Assembly: GCA_002269645.1 (NCBI GenBank)
Contig: NIVC01001370.1
Span: forward strand, 1 to 64,000
Length of the DNA: 64,000 bases
From: Macrostomum lignano
Taxonomy: Eukaryota
Direction of reading: 5' to 3'
Below the pieces are notes generated by a model, which saw nothing but the letters and a program-made list of their open reading frames with translations, was not told where the DNA came from and searched no databases. This document shows positions 12,823-24,254 of the stretch, piece after piece. The position numbers and the translations under genes were made by a program. Within the stretch, counting starts at the first letter, position 1. Each line of letters opens with the position of its first letter.

Positions 12823-13776
12823 TCAGTGAAACCGGTACTTCCTAGCCGGCTTCAGGCACACCGTGGTGGCCTTGCGAATCTCTTCCTCGCGTTCGTCTTT
12901 GATTTCAACGTATCGAGCGCCGTTCTGCGCAACCACACGGCTATCCAAGTAGCGCGTCTTTCTCGGCCGCTCATCGAATCGCGCCTCGGGCCGATGGATT
13001 TTGTCCTCGTCTGGCAGCTGGTAGTTCTCGAATCGGCTCAGTATGTAGCTTTTCACGCCGGCGCCAGACTTGCCCGGCGCCGTCGATTCGAATTTTGGCG
13101 CCAAACAGGCGCAAGGCGGCCGGGGACAGGCCAGAGACGATTCGGCGTCGCCACCGTCAACATCGGCTTCCAGACAGCGACTGGCCGCCTGTTGAAGATC
13201 GCCGCCAGCTTCGGCTAGGCGGACCCGCAATCTGGCGGCGCAGGCCTCGGGGAACAGGGCGCGAAGCCGGCCCAGCGACTCCGCCGCCTCCGCGTCCGCC
13301 TCAGCACCGCTGCCGGCTGAAGCCATCGTCGACGAGCACGACGACGTTGAATTCGACGACTCCGATTGGCGACTTCTGACAACGCCGCCGGCGGCGGCTG
13401 TGGCGGCAAAAGCGGCAGCCACCGTGTCGACATCAGACTGCTGCTGGCGCTGGCCGTTTAGAGGTGCGGCAGCATCGACGGCGGCGTCGGCCAGGCTTTG
13501 CCGACAGTCGGCAAACCAGCGACGCAAGTCGGCATCGGCGACCGACTCTAGAAGCGGCACGTAGGCTCGCACCAGCTCAAGCACCGAGTCGTCGTCGCAG
13601 TCGCCATCTTCGGCATCGATGTCATCGGTGAGCACCGCCTCCAGATAGGGGTACAGACTGGGATCGGCGTCAAAGTCGAGCCGACTCGAACTAGTTGAAC
13701 CTTGCCGATCGATGACAAACTGACGGAGGCTGCGTTCGATCAGCTTGATGGCTTCACTACCGCCGCCACTCGCCAT
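12823..13776 (-). CDS. CUEDC2: CUE domain-containing protein 2, single exon, 317 aa
   Basis: CUE-like LRALFP...AGGDLQQA; C-terminus RYLDSRVVAQNGARY...TVCLKPARKYRFH matches the CUEDC2 end LKPARKYRFH. Confidence 0.92.
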   Translation of the reverse strand: MASGGGSEAIKLIERSLRQFVIDRQGSTSSSRLDFDADPSLYPYLEAVLTDDIDAEDGDCDDDSVLELVRAYVPLLESVADADLRRWFADCRQSLADAAVDAAAPLNGQRQQQSDVDTVAAAFAATAAAGGVVRSRQSESSNSTSSCSSTMASAGSGAEADAEAAESLGRLRALFPEACAARLRVRLAEAGGDLQQAASRCLEADVDGGDAESSLACPRPPCACLAPKFESTAPGKSGAGVKSYILSRFENYQLPDEDKIHRPEARFDERPRKTRYLDSRVVAQNGARYVEIKDEREEEIRKATTVCLKPARKYRFH

Positions 13777-14159
13777 CAGTAGTATTAATATAGATAATGG
13801 CTATTAACTTGTGATGACGGATGCTGATGTTTGACAGACCGATAGGCTGCTGCAAAACCGGTTTCGTTGGGTAAATTTGACTAACAGAACAGTAAGAAGC
13901 CTATTAAGCTCTAGCTAGCCTACTGATCTAGTAGAAAGTTAAGCGCCAACACAATGTTTGGACGACTCTTTCGCGACTCGTTTACAATTCTACAACTCAC
14001 GTGACGCGCTTGTGGCGCAACAATCAACTCTCCGTCGCATTAGACGCGTTTGAGTCGTTAAAAAGTCACAAGAGCCGCCCCAGAGTCCCTAGAGTCACCA
14101 GTGATTGCGCGGCGCATCTAAAGGCTGCGTACGGCTGTTCAGTCCAAGGACTTGGGGGG

Positions 14160-14364
14160 GGGGGTCGCCACACACCCTCAATTACCCCAGCTAATGCTGG
14201 CACCCACTTTACAGCTGGGTGAACTGAAGCAATGCAGAGTTAAGTGACTTGCTCAAGGACATAAATTGTTCCGAGTGGGATCTGGAATCGAACCCCCGAC
14301 CGTACGCGATCAGTGATCGTGATCAGTCGTGTGTCCGACGCTCCAACCACCAGGCTACAACCCC
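14160..14364 (-). mobile_element. tRNA-derived SINE with CORE-like domain
   Basis: Minus strand A box TAGCCTGGTGG, B box GGTTCGATTCC; adjacent AAGTGACTTGCTCAAGG resembles the MIR/CORE motif AAGTGACTTGCCCAAGG. Confidence 0.7.
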
Positions 14365-14747
14365 TGCTGTCTCACCGAACAGCACCTATTCTGAATTCTA
14401 TACAAATGCGGAAGCTTCACATTGATTAAAAATTCTTATTGAATATCATTTTAAAAAAGAACAACTCGGAATGCACAACAACTTGATGCTTCGAATTCGA
14501 TAAAAAAGTGTTCACCAGCAAGCGATACACTTGGCATCATAGCAATCAGTAGGTGAGCGGTAACTAAAAATGCAACAACAAATTAGTTGGATCACTGGAT
14601 AACAAAACAATTAACAAATACAATTATTAAATACACTATTATCCTACCGTGCACTCTACAATCAGGGGGAGGGGCTTTCACGATCTAAAATTCTCACATC
14701 TTAACCTAGTAAGTTTTCTAAGTCTCAAGTCTATTTTTATCTAGTTT

Positions 14748-15603
14748 GAGAAGTGTCTAGTTTGAGAAGTGTCTAGTTTGAGAAGTGTCTAGTTTGAGAA
14801 GTGTCTAGTTTGAGAAGTGTCTAGTTTGAGAAGTGTCTAGTTTGAGAAGTGTCTAGTTTGAGAAGTGTCCAGTTTGAGAAGTATCCAGTTTGAGAAGTAT
14901 CCAGTTTGAGAAGTATCCAGTTTGAAGTGTCCAGTTTGAGAAGTGTCTAGTTTGAGAAGTGTCCAGTTTGAGAAGTGTCCAGTTTGAGAAGTGTCCAGTT
15001 TGAGAAGTATCCAGTTTGAGAAGTATCCAGTTTGAGAAGTATCCAGTTTGAAGTGTCCGGTTTGAGAAGTGTCTAGTTTGAGAAGTGTCTAGTTTGAGAA
15101 GTGTCCAGTTTGAGAAGTGTCCAGTTTGAGAAGTATCCAGTTTGAGAAGTATCCAGTTTGAGAAGTGTCTAGTTTGAGAAGTATCCAGTTTGAGAAGTGT
15201 CCAGTTTGAGAAGTATCCAGTTTGAGAAGTATCCAGTTTGAAGTGTCCAGTTTGAGAAGTGTCCAGTTTGAGAAGTATCCAGTTTGAGAAGTGTCTAGTT
15301 TGAGAAGTATCCAGTTTGAGAAGTGTCCAGTTTGAGAAGTATCCAGTTTGAGAAGTATCCAGTTTGAAGTGTCCAGTTTGAGAAGTGTCCAGTTTGAGAA
15401 GTATCCAGTTTGAGAAGTGTCTAGTTTGAGAAGTATCCAGTTTGAGAAGTGTCCAGTTTGAGAAGTGTCCAGTTTAAGAAGTGTCTAGTTTGAGAAGATC
15501 TAGTTTGAGAAGAATCCAGTTTGAGAAGTGTCTAGTTTGAGAAGTGTCTAGTTTGAGAAGTATCCAGTTTTAGAAGTGTCTAGTTTGAGAAGATCTAGTT
15601 TGC
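14748..15603. repeat. 16-bp minisatellite (AGTTTGAGAAGTGTCT and variants)
   Basis: About 53 copies immediately downstream of the IGBP1 stop. Confidence 0.95.
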
Positions 15604-15668
15604 GAAAGCGCACCACAATGCAAGGCTCAGATCAAGCAGAAGCAATAAGCATAACTAATCGGGTCAGA

Positions 15669-16277
15669 TCAGCCCTTCCTATACCGATTCCCATCCCCCC
15701 GCCTATTAAAATCTTTCCAGTCGTCCCAGGCACGCAGGCGGCCCAACGCCTGCGGATCGTCGGCATCTTCGGCGGCGTCGCGGGCGGCTCGTTCAGCTGC
15801 GGCGCTCTCGGGAGTTGGGCCGCCAACAGGCGCGGGAGCCTCGCGAGCCGCCGCCGCAGCCTCCTCCGGGCTGGGGAAGACGCCGGATTCAATTTGAGCG
15901 TCGATCCATTCGTCAACAGAATAGGCTGGCAGGCTGGGGTAGCCGGCGCCAAATACGCGCGCTTCTAGCGCCGATCTGGTTAGCACAAAGGTACCCACTG
16001 GTGGGCGGCCGGATTTCGGCTGGGGCGGCTGAGGCGGCGGCTGCTGCTGGCCCTCAGCGCCACGGCTGGCCATCATGCGGGCCAGGGGTAGCTCAGCTTT
16101 AGCAGCGGCTGCCTCCTCGGTGGCCACAATGACCCAACGTTCCAACAGTTTCAGGTAGAAATTTCGCTTGTCCTCTTCGTCCACGTGAGGACGTTCGACT
16201 TGGGGGCGTAGCTCGGTCAGCTGCTTCTCGAGCTCCTTCCGCCGGCGTAATCGTTCGATTTTTTTAGCTCGATCGGG
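15669..16277 (-). CDS. IGBP1: IGBP1/alpha4/Tap42 exon 2
   Basis: CAG acceptor 16280-16278; PDRAKKIERLRRRKELEKQL, VFGAGYPSLP, RAWDDWKDFNRRGDGNR match Tap42-family motifs. Confidence 0.95.
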   Translation of the reverse strand, partial: PDRAKKIERLRRRKELEKQLTELRPQVERPHVDEEDKRNFYLKLLERWVIVATEEAAAAKAELPLARMMASRGAEGQQQPPPQPPQPKSGRPPVGTFVLTRSALEARVFGAGYPSLPAYSVDEWIDAQIESGVFPSPEEAAAAAREAPAPVGGPTPESAAAERAARDAAEDADDPQALGRLRAWDDWKDFNRRGDGNRYRKG

Positions 16278-16345
16278 CTGGATTGAGTTTTTTTATTTTA
16301 TTATCTATCAGCAATTTTCTTACTAACAGTGTGTAAAACTACTAG

Positions 16346-18360
16346 TACTTATTCAGCATGGATGAGGCTACTTATTCAGCATGGATGAGGCTACTTATTC
16401 AGCATGGATGAGGCTACTTATTCAGCATGAGTGAGGCTACTTATTCAGCATGGATGAGGCTACTTATTCAGCATGGATGAGGCTACTTATTCAGCATGGA
16501 TGAGGCTACTTATTCAGCATGAGTGAGGCTACTTATTCAGCATGGATGAGGCTACTTATTCAGCATGACTGAGGCTACTTATTCAGCATGACTGAGGCTA
16601 CTTATTCAGCATGACTGAGGCTACTTATTCAGCATGGATGAGGCTACTTATTCAGCATGAGTGAGGCTACTTATTCAGCATGGATGAGGCTACTTATTCA
16701 GCATGAGTGAGGCTACTTATTCAGCATGACTGAGGCTACTTATTCAGCATGAGTGAGGCTACTTATTCAGCATGGATGAGGCTACTTATTCAGCATGAGT
16801 GAGGCTACTTATTCAGCATGACTGAGGCTACTTATTCAGCATGGATGAGGCTACTTATTCAGCATGAGTGAGGCTACTTATTCAGCATGACTGATGCTAC
16901 TTATTCAGCATGGATGAGGCTACTTATTCAGCATGACTGAGGCTACTTATTCAGCATGGATGAGGCTACTTATTCAGCATGAGTGAGGCTACTTATTCAG
17001 CATGGATGAGGCTACTTATTCAGCATGGATGAGGCTACTTATTCAGCATGAGTGAGGCTACTTATTCAGCATGACTGAGGCTACTTATTCAGCATGGATG
17101 AGGCTACTTATTCAGCATGAGTGAGGCTACTTATTCAGCATGGATGAGGCTACTTTTCAGCATGAGTGAGGCTACTTATTCAGCATGACTGAGGCTACTT
17201 ATTCAGCATGGATGAGGCTACTTATTCAGCATGAGTGAGGCTACTTATTCAGCATGAGTGAGGCTACTTATTCAGCATGACTGAGGCTACTTATTCAGCA
17301 TGGATGAGGCTACATATTCAGCATGGATGAGGCTACTTATTCAGCATGAGTGAGGCTACTTATTCAGCATGGATGAGGCTACTTATTCAGCATGAGTGAG
17401 GCTACTTATTCAGCATGGATGAGGCTACTTATTCAGCATGGATGAGGCTACTTATTCAGCATGAGTGAGGCTACTTATTCAGCATGACTGAGGCTACTTA
17501 TTCAGCATGGATGAGGCTACTTATTCAGCATGAGTGAGGCTACTTATTCAGCATGACTGAGGCTACTTATTCAGCATGGATGAGGCTACTTATTCAGCAT
17601 GAGTGAGGCTACTTATTCAGCATGGATGAGGCTACTTATTCAGCATGAGTGAGGCTACTTATTCAGCATGACTGAGGCTACTTATTCAGCATGGATGAGG
17701 CTACTTATTCAGCATGAGTGAGGCTACTTATTCAGCATGAGTGAGGCTACTTATTCAGCATGACTGAGGCTACTTATTCAGCATGGATGAGGCTACATAT
17801 TCAGCATGGATGAGGCTACTTATTCAGCATGAGTGAGGCTACTTATTCAGCATGGATGAGGCTACTTATTCAGCATGAGTGAGGCTACTTATTCAGCATG
17901 GATGAGGCTACTTATTCAGCATGGATGAGGCTACTTATTCAGCATGAGTGAGGCTACTTATTCAGCATGGATGAGGCTACTTATTCAGCATGGATGAGGC
18001 TACTTATTCAGCATGAGTGAGGCTACTTATTCAGCATGGATGAGGCTACTTATTCAGCATGAGTGAGGCTACTTATTCAGCATGACTGAGGCTACTTATT
18101 CAGCATGAGTGAGGCTACTTATTTAGCATGGATGAGGCTACTTATTCAGCATGAGTGAGGCTACTTATTCAGCATGACTGAGGCTACTTATTCAGCATGG
18201 ATGAGGCTACTTATTCAGCATGGATGAGGCTACTTATTCAGCATGGATGAGGCTACTTATTCAGCATGAGTGAGGCTACTTATTCAGCATGGATGAGGCT
18301 ACTTATTCAGCATGAGTGAGGCTACTTATTCAGCATGGATGAGGCTACTTATTCAGCATT
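16346..18360. repeat. 23-bp minisatellite filling the IGBP1 intron (~87 copies)
   Basis: GAGGCTACTTATTCAGCAT followed by GGAT, GAGT or GACT. Confidence 0.97.
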
Positions 18361-18362
18361 AC

Positions 18363-18845
18363 CTGAGCCATGCTGCGACCATCGCCGCTATCCTCAGTCA
18401 CCAGAGCGGCCAATTTTTGCTCATCAGCTTCGCCCACCTCGGCATCGCCGATTCGAGGCGCCCCGGGCACGCCGTACAAGCCGGCCAGCCGAAGAAAGTC
18501 AGCAAGTTGGCCGAGACAGCGGACAAGACTGTCCGGCCGTGCGGCCGGCCCGCCAGTGCGCCGCTGAGACCACAGGAAGCCGGCAATGCCAGGCAATAAA
18601 AGATACTTCAACTCATTAGTGGGCACATCGTCCAACTGTTCATTAGAAGAGAACAAGCCTAACAGGCCAACTATTGACTGGGCTCGGCCGCAGAGTTCGA
18701 GCCCACGGTCAATTGGATCACCGACGCTTGCAGTGCTACCACCTCCTTCCAATGATTCATAGATGCTCATCAGCTCGCTGAATATTGCTGACAGGCTGTC
18801 TGCCGCAGCGTCAACAGTTGCGTCAGAATTTTGCGACTCGGACAT
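18363..18845 (-). CDS. IGBP1: IGBP1 exon 1
   Basis: LFSSNEQLDDVPTNELKYLLLP (Tap42 motif); CAG|GTAAT phase-0 donor; spliced product about 363 aa. Confidence 0.95.
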
Positions 18846-19029
18846 TGTTGAACTGATTTTTTATAAGCAAATATTTTATGATGAAGCACTGAAATTATTG
18901 CATATAGCATTATGCTCAAGATCTCAATAGTGTTAGAAGTCCCAGTTCAATAAATATCAACAAATTTTGAGGAAGAGAATGTTTAGATCAGAAGAGTCTC
19001 AAGATTAAGTTACCAATGAGGCAAGATAT

Positions 19030-19330
19030 ATGAGCTTCAAAGGTGACTTGACTGAAGCCGAGTCTGTAAGGTTTGCCAATGACACCGTCATTCTCGCCTT
19101 CAGTGGCGAATCTCCCCAGCATCAACTGGAGCACCACCAAGATGCAGCTCCCGGAGTTGGTCACAGAGAAGGCCTGTCTAACCACCACATTGTAAGAGGG
19201 ACAGGGCGTTCTACTCTGGGGCCAGAACGATCGATGAGATCCGCAGTCCCCGGATGGCCTTCAAGGACCCTCTACATGGGCCTCTCCACCGACTGGGAGT
19301 GCCACGCGTAGAGGACTGGCCACGCTGCCT
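19030..19330 (+). mobile_element. Degenerate LINE RT fragment
   Basis: VRFANDTVILAFSGESPQHQL resembles (Y/F)ADD-x-L-x-A-x-S-xx-LQ. Confidence 0.55.
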
Positions 19331-22149
19331 ATGTTGGAGCATGGAAAATGATCTTTCGCTTCAGCCCAAACGCTGGTAGTTTTAATTATAGAAAATCTGC
19401 ACATCGTGGCATTCTGTGGGGTCAAGGTAATAAGCTTGCTGATGAAATATATGCTTTAAATTCAAAATTGAAGACATTCATTAGCCATGTAATGCAGAAT
19501 ATATTAATTACAATGCCTGATTGGCTCATTGGCGTTTGTAAAGAGAAGAAAGTTATGTACATTTGCTTTCTATTCGCGAACACATTATTGAGTTTTGGAA
19601 TATTGTAAATTTAAAAACACCAGATGCTGCTAATTCAATTTTTCTACTCAACTTTGCCACCATGATTGGCCAAATTGCTGGTGGCCATGGTCTCAATGAA
19701 TAAGCTTGTATTATTTAATAGCTAGCATCATTTAAATAAATGCTATATAAAAAAGAAATGTTTGTAACATGAAACTAATTTGCAAGAATTCTGCATTGTG
19801 TGGACAATGAATAAGTCACGTGCGACCCACAACTGTCAATTCAAACCCAACCTTCAAGTCATCATTTAGTTTGCACCCAGGTTGCACCCGGATGAACCAA
19901 TCAAAGTCTATTAGCTATGGTAACCAATCATGCACTTTTACAGTAGACTAGTTGCGCAACTTTCTACACTGTCATGCTTGACAGCCACCGAATCGCGACC
20001 CTTTGACATTTACAAAAAAGTGATGGACGACCTCGAGAGAGGTTCATTTGCCTATAAATACAAGTGGTCCGAAGCAGACCCGGAGCCAAAAAATTCTCCT
20101 CAAGAGAAGAGCTCCGAAGAGGAAGCCGAAGTCAGACTTCCTAGACCAAGACTTGGTCAAGTTGTTGCGGTAAGCCTTCCTTATTTGCACCCGTTGTTGT
20201 TAGAGACGTCTCACTTAAGTCCAGTGTGAATTGAGTTTAGTTTGAGTCTGTTGAGACTCTTGAGTCTGTTGAGACTCTTGAGTCTGTTGAGACTCTTGAG
20301 TCTGTTGAGACTCTTGAGTCTGTTTAGACTCTACTGGTTGCAGTCTCTAGAAGGACTGCCCCTGATAGATCTTAGAAGACTATCAGTGGTTTCCGGAGCT
20401 ACTCCTAGAGTGCATAGAAGCACTGCTAGAAGGAGGCTTAATTAAGACTGCACCTGGCACAGGGTACCCATTGTAATTGGAAGCTTCCCATTGGTCCAAA
20501 TGATAGATTCCGGCCGGAACTACTTCTACGGAAGAGAAGGGAACTCGGACCTGATCTACGAACACTAGACATCTAGAAGCCGACGAGATCTACTATCAGA
20601 TCTGCATTGAGGACTACACCAAGGTCTGCTCAAGAAGCATCGAGACTACTAATCTGGATTTAAGGTAATTAAGTACCTGCAGTTGACTTACTGGTTTGCC
20701 TAGCTATTGAGCTAGAAGTGATTGTTTCTTGATTACAGTTGAGGACTGGTAATAAGGAACACATCACTTATCCTAGTATCAACTTGTATCTAATTACACT
20801 CAAAATCAGAAATTAAAAGACAATACCGCCTTGTTCTTTGACCACCTATTTTTAATTTAGAATTACTGCTAATAGCATTTATATTATCAAAGTAGACTTA
20901 GTCTACTAATATAACTATAACTCTATAAATTGTATTTGTATTTGTGGGCATTAAAGCATATATATATTTATTTAGTTAGTATAATATAAAAGGTTAAATA
21001 TTAAATATTTAACTTAATTAACTTTAACTTTAACTTTAATTAAATATATATATATATATATATTAGTATAGTAAATAATATATAGCATTACAGTCTAAGT
21101 CTACATTGTTAAAATGAATCAAATGATAGGCCCAGTTATAATTATTATTATCATTAAAATATGGTACATGGTATAGTATAATAATATGCAATTTAAATAA
21201 ATTATATGTAGACAAAATATATTTAAATTTGCTTTCTATTTTTATATTTTCACTTTCTAGGTCTAGATAAACTTTTGCCTCTACTTTAACTACTTGTATA
21301 GCAGCCATAGATATAGCCCAGTCTCAGAAAACTCTCAGGCCTAAGGATAAAGCATTAAAGCAAAGCTCACTTTTAGGCTTCTTGAAAGGCAGTCAGGGCA
21401 ATGGCAATGCAATAGCTAGTGCTCTACCTAAGAATAATACACCTCTAAGTGTTAATGCAGTTGCTAATTGCTACTTCTAATACTGAGACTGAAGTTAAGC
21501 CACAGCCACAAAGCAAAAAATTAAAGACTAGTACCACTTTGTATTCATAGCTATCTAGACAGTCTAGGCACAAGATTTGCTAGTTACCAACAAGATAATA
21601 GCCAATTGTATTGCCTAACATGCCTCTAGTTAGGCAAGGAGCTACAATATTATCCACGAGTTTCCCATTGGCAGCACTGCTGCCGCAGCTCATATATACT
21701 TGCCTCCCGCAGCTGGGGAGTGAATTTTGTGTCTATGGCTTGCACGATCGCATCCAAGCAGCCCCGTTTTCTCCCGTAACAGCAGTTGAGCTGCCACAGT
21801 AGTATTTCAAAATTATTTAGATTTAGACATAGCAAAAAGTATCTATCACTTATAACAGATAGTCGCTTGTTTGTGTTATGCTTTCATGCATTAGCATTTC
21901 AGTGCAGTTAAATGTTCATTATATGTTCTCTACGTTAACACGTCAGAGTTATATAAAATCGATTTCATTGCAATTTGCAATCAAGACTCACAAATCTGAC
22001 AAATTACTAACAGTGATTGAACTGTCATCTGAGGAAGAGCTGTTCGCATGCAGAATTTATTGGGTACACACAATGAAAAACAGCATTGACTCATAGAAAT
22101 TCAAACTAACAGAACATGTAGGTGCACGCAATGACAAAAAAGAGCATTA

Positions 22150-22608
22150 GCTCATAGAAATAGGATAGGATGTCACGTGACAGTTCAACAACGATACGTT
22201 CGGAGAGCAACAACTGCGTGCATCTTGGCCGAATAAGTTGTTGTGGGCCTGCACCGTTGAATGAATAAGAAAGTTCCATAAGTAGCCGCTGCTTGATTCC
22301 GCCAGACAGTATGTATAACTTGATCCCAAGTTTTGCTTTCTTGTTTGGCATGTACTGGCAAAAATGAAGCCTGCCTTTGAAAAGTATCAATGACTCGTCA
22401 ATCGAAATGTTCTGCTGTGGCATATATTTGTTCTGGCAGATCGCCTGCACCAACTTCAGAAATGGTTGAATATTGCACAAAGGGTCAGCCTTGTCAACCT
22501 CAGCACAGTTGTAGCAATGAAACCAAGTCAATATAAGTTGGAATCTGTTTCGCGAAAGGCAGGACTGCGCAGGATAAAAATCCTGGCGATACAGGATCCA
22601 TTGACCAG
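22150..22608 (-). pseudogene. piggyBac (PGBD4-like) transposase, middle part after the Helitron insertion
   Basis: WSMDP, SRNRFQLILTWFH, SIDESLILFKGR, YMPNKKAKLGIK, LAESSSGYLWN; frameshifted. Confidence 0.9.
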
Positions 22609-24254
22609 TCCTTCCTTCTATATACTAAAGCTGACGTCGTGGTCCGGTGGTAGGGTGGGCCGGTGGGCCGGGTTTGTCGACGATCTCCTCCTAGGATTCT
22701 TGCAACTCAACTTTCAAACCGGTACCAAAACATGTCAAATGTCCCGACGATGCTACAATTTAAAATTCATTTTCAAATTTCAATTTTAAGTGCTTCAAAA
22801 AAGCAGAAAACAGCACAAACCAGACAGCCAGATGTCTATATATCGCATTCCATGGACTTCCCATCCCACTTGACGCTATTTTGTATGGTTGCGCCACAAC
22901 TTTTCTCCTATCTCTGCAGTGTATTTCATTTCAGCTGGGGGAGGGTCGCCGGCACTTGAGAATTGGCGGCCTACTTGCTCAGTGTTAAAAAGGGGTGGAG
23001 GTGCACACTGCGCGAGAATGGATGGCTTGATTTTTCAACTCATCACAGAGTGTACATTGCGCTCTGCAAGTAAGAAACGGGAAAACTTGCACCTTAATTT
23101 CTGCTTTTAATTTTCAAGCTACAGAAAAGTGAATCACACCGTTGGAAAGAGTTTGAAAAACTGAACAGAATGGTATAATTTTCTGTTCCGAAATCTCAAC
23201 TGCATCAGAGCAATTTGTCATAGAAAATTTCTTGATTTCAATTGTGAAAACGTTAAGTGGCTGGGGAGGGGTTTCATTAATTTCAATTCTGACTGTGCAA
23301 TGCACAAGCCTAGACTCTCCCTGTGCATTTGGGGGAGGTGCATGGGCTATAGACTGTACTGTAGATCTTTACTGTACGCTTGCAAGTAACAAGGCCGGCA
23401 TAAATGAATAAATTCGGCTAAATGCAGTGTACATTTGTGAGAACCGGGCTGCGACAGTGATGGCGCAATGCATATGCATCAACGGGGGCAGGCGATCGTT
23501 TCAGTAGCTCAATTTCGCTGGCCCAAGAGCTAGGGTTAGGGTTACGATATGGAGTTCTGCAGATTCAACATTCCAACCATGGGATTCCGGGGATTTCAAT
23601 TCAGCGGATTTCTCCTCCAACGGAGGAGTTCCACTCGTATATACTAAAAATGAGTTGTCTGTATGTGGGTAGGTAGGTAGGTATGCGATAGATTTCAGAA
23701 AAATTGGCTCAACCAATTTTCTTCAAACTTGCACCATTCAATCAGAAATTTTCCTGGGACGGTACATGCATCTTGGCTAAGAAATTGCTCAATGTTAAAG
23801 GGATTAAATATTCGAAAAACATGCTTTTTTGCAAAGGTCAAGCAGCTCTTTCGACCTGAAATGCATTGTAAGAATGCTAGAGAAAAAACTGACTGACTGA
23901 ATTCCGATTGTGATAAAGATTGCATCACAACAAGTTGAAAACAGTACCGAAGAAATGCACACACGACTTGATTTAAATTGCGTAACCATATTGCTAACTT
24001 AAATTGAGACTGATACTGGCTGACTGAGAAATTGATTATGTCATAACTTTTTACTCCAATTGACTTGCTGTAAGAATTGAATTATAAGGGCCACAATTCA
24101 TGTTCTCCAATTGAAAAGAGATAGCCCTGATGCGAACAGACTGGAATGCTAATGTAGCGACCTGGGTTCGAATCTTAGTAGTCCAAAAAGATTTTTTTTA
24201 TTAAAACACCTTAAAAACACAACAAAACTGCTAAACATCAAAGAAGCGCAATGT

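Noticed and set aside
16346-18360. CRISPR-like appearance of regular 23-34 bp repeats (also 41938-42515, 47255-49350, 63235-64000)
   Set aside because: Units are head-to-tail with no unique spacers, there are no cas genes, and the context is eukaryotic and intronic
24120-24185. tRNA-like B box GGGTTCGAATC
   Set aside because: No cloverleaf or convincing A box; at most a decayed SINE head, not a tRNA gene
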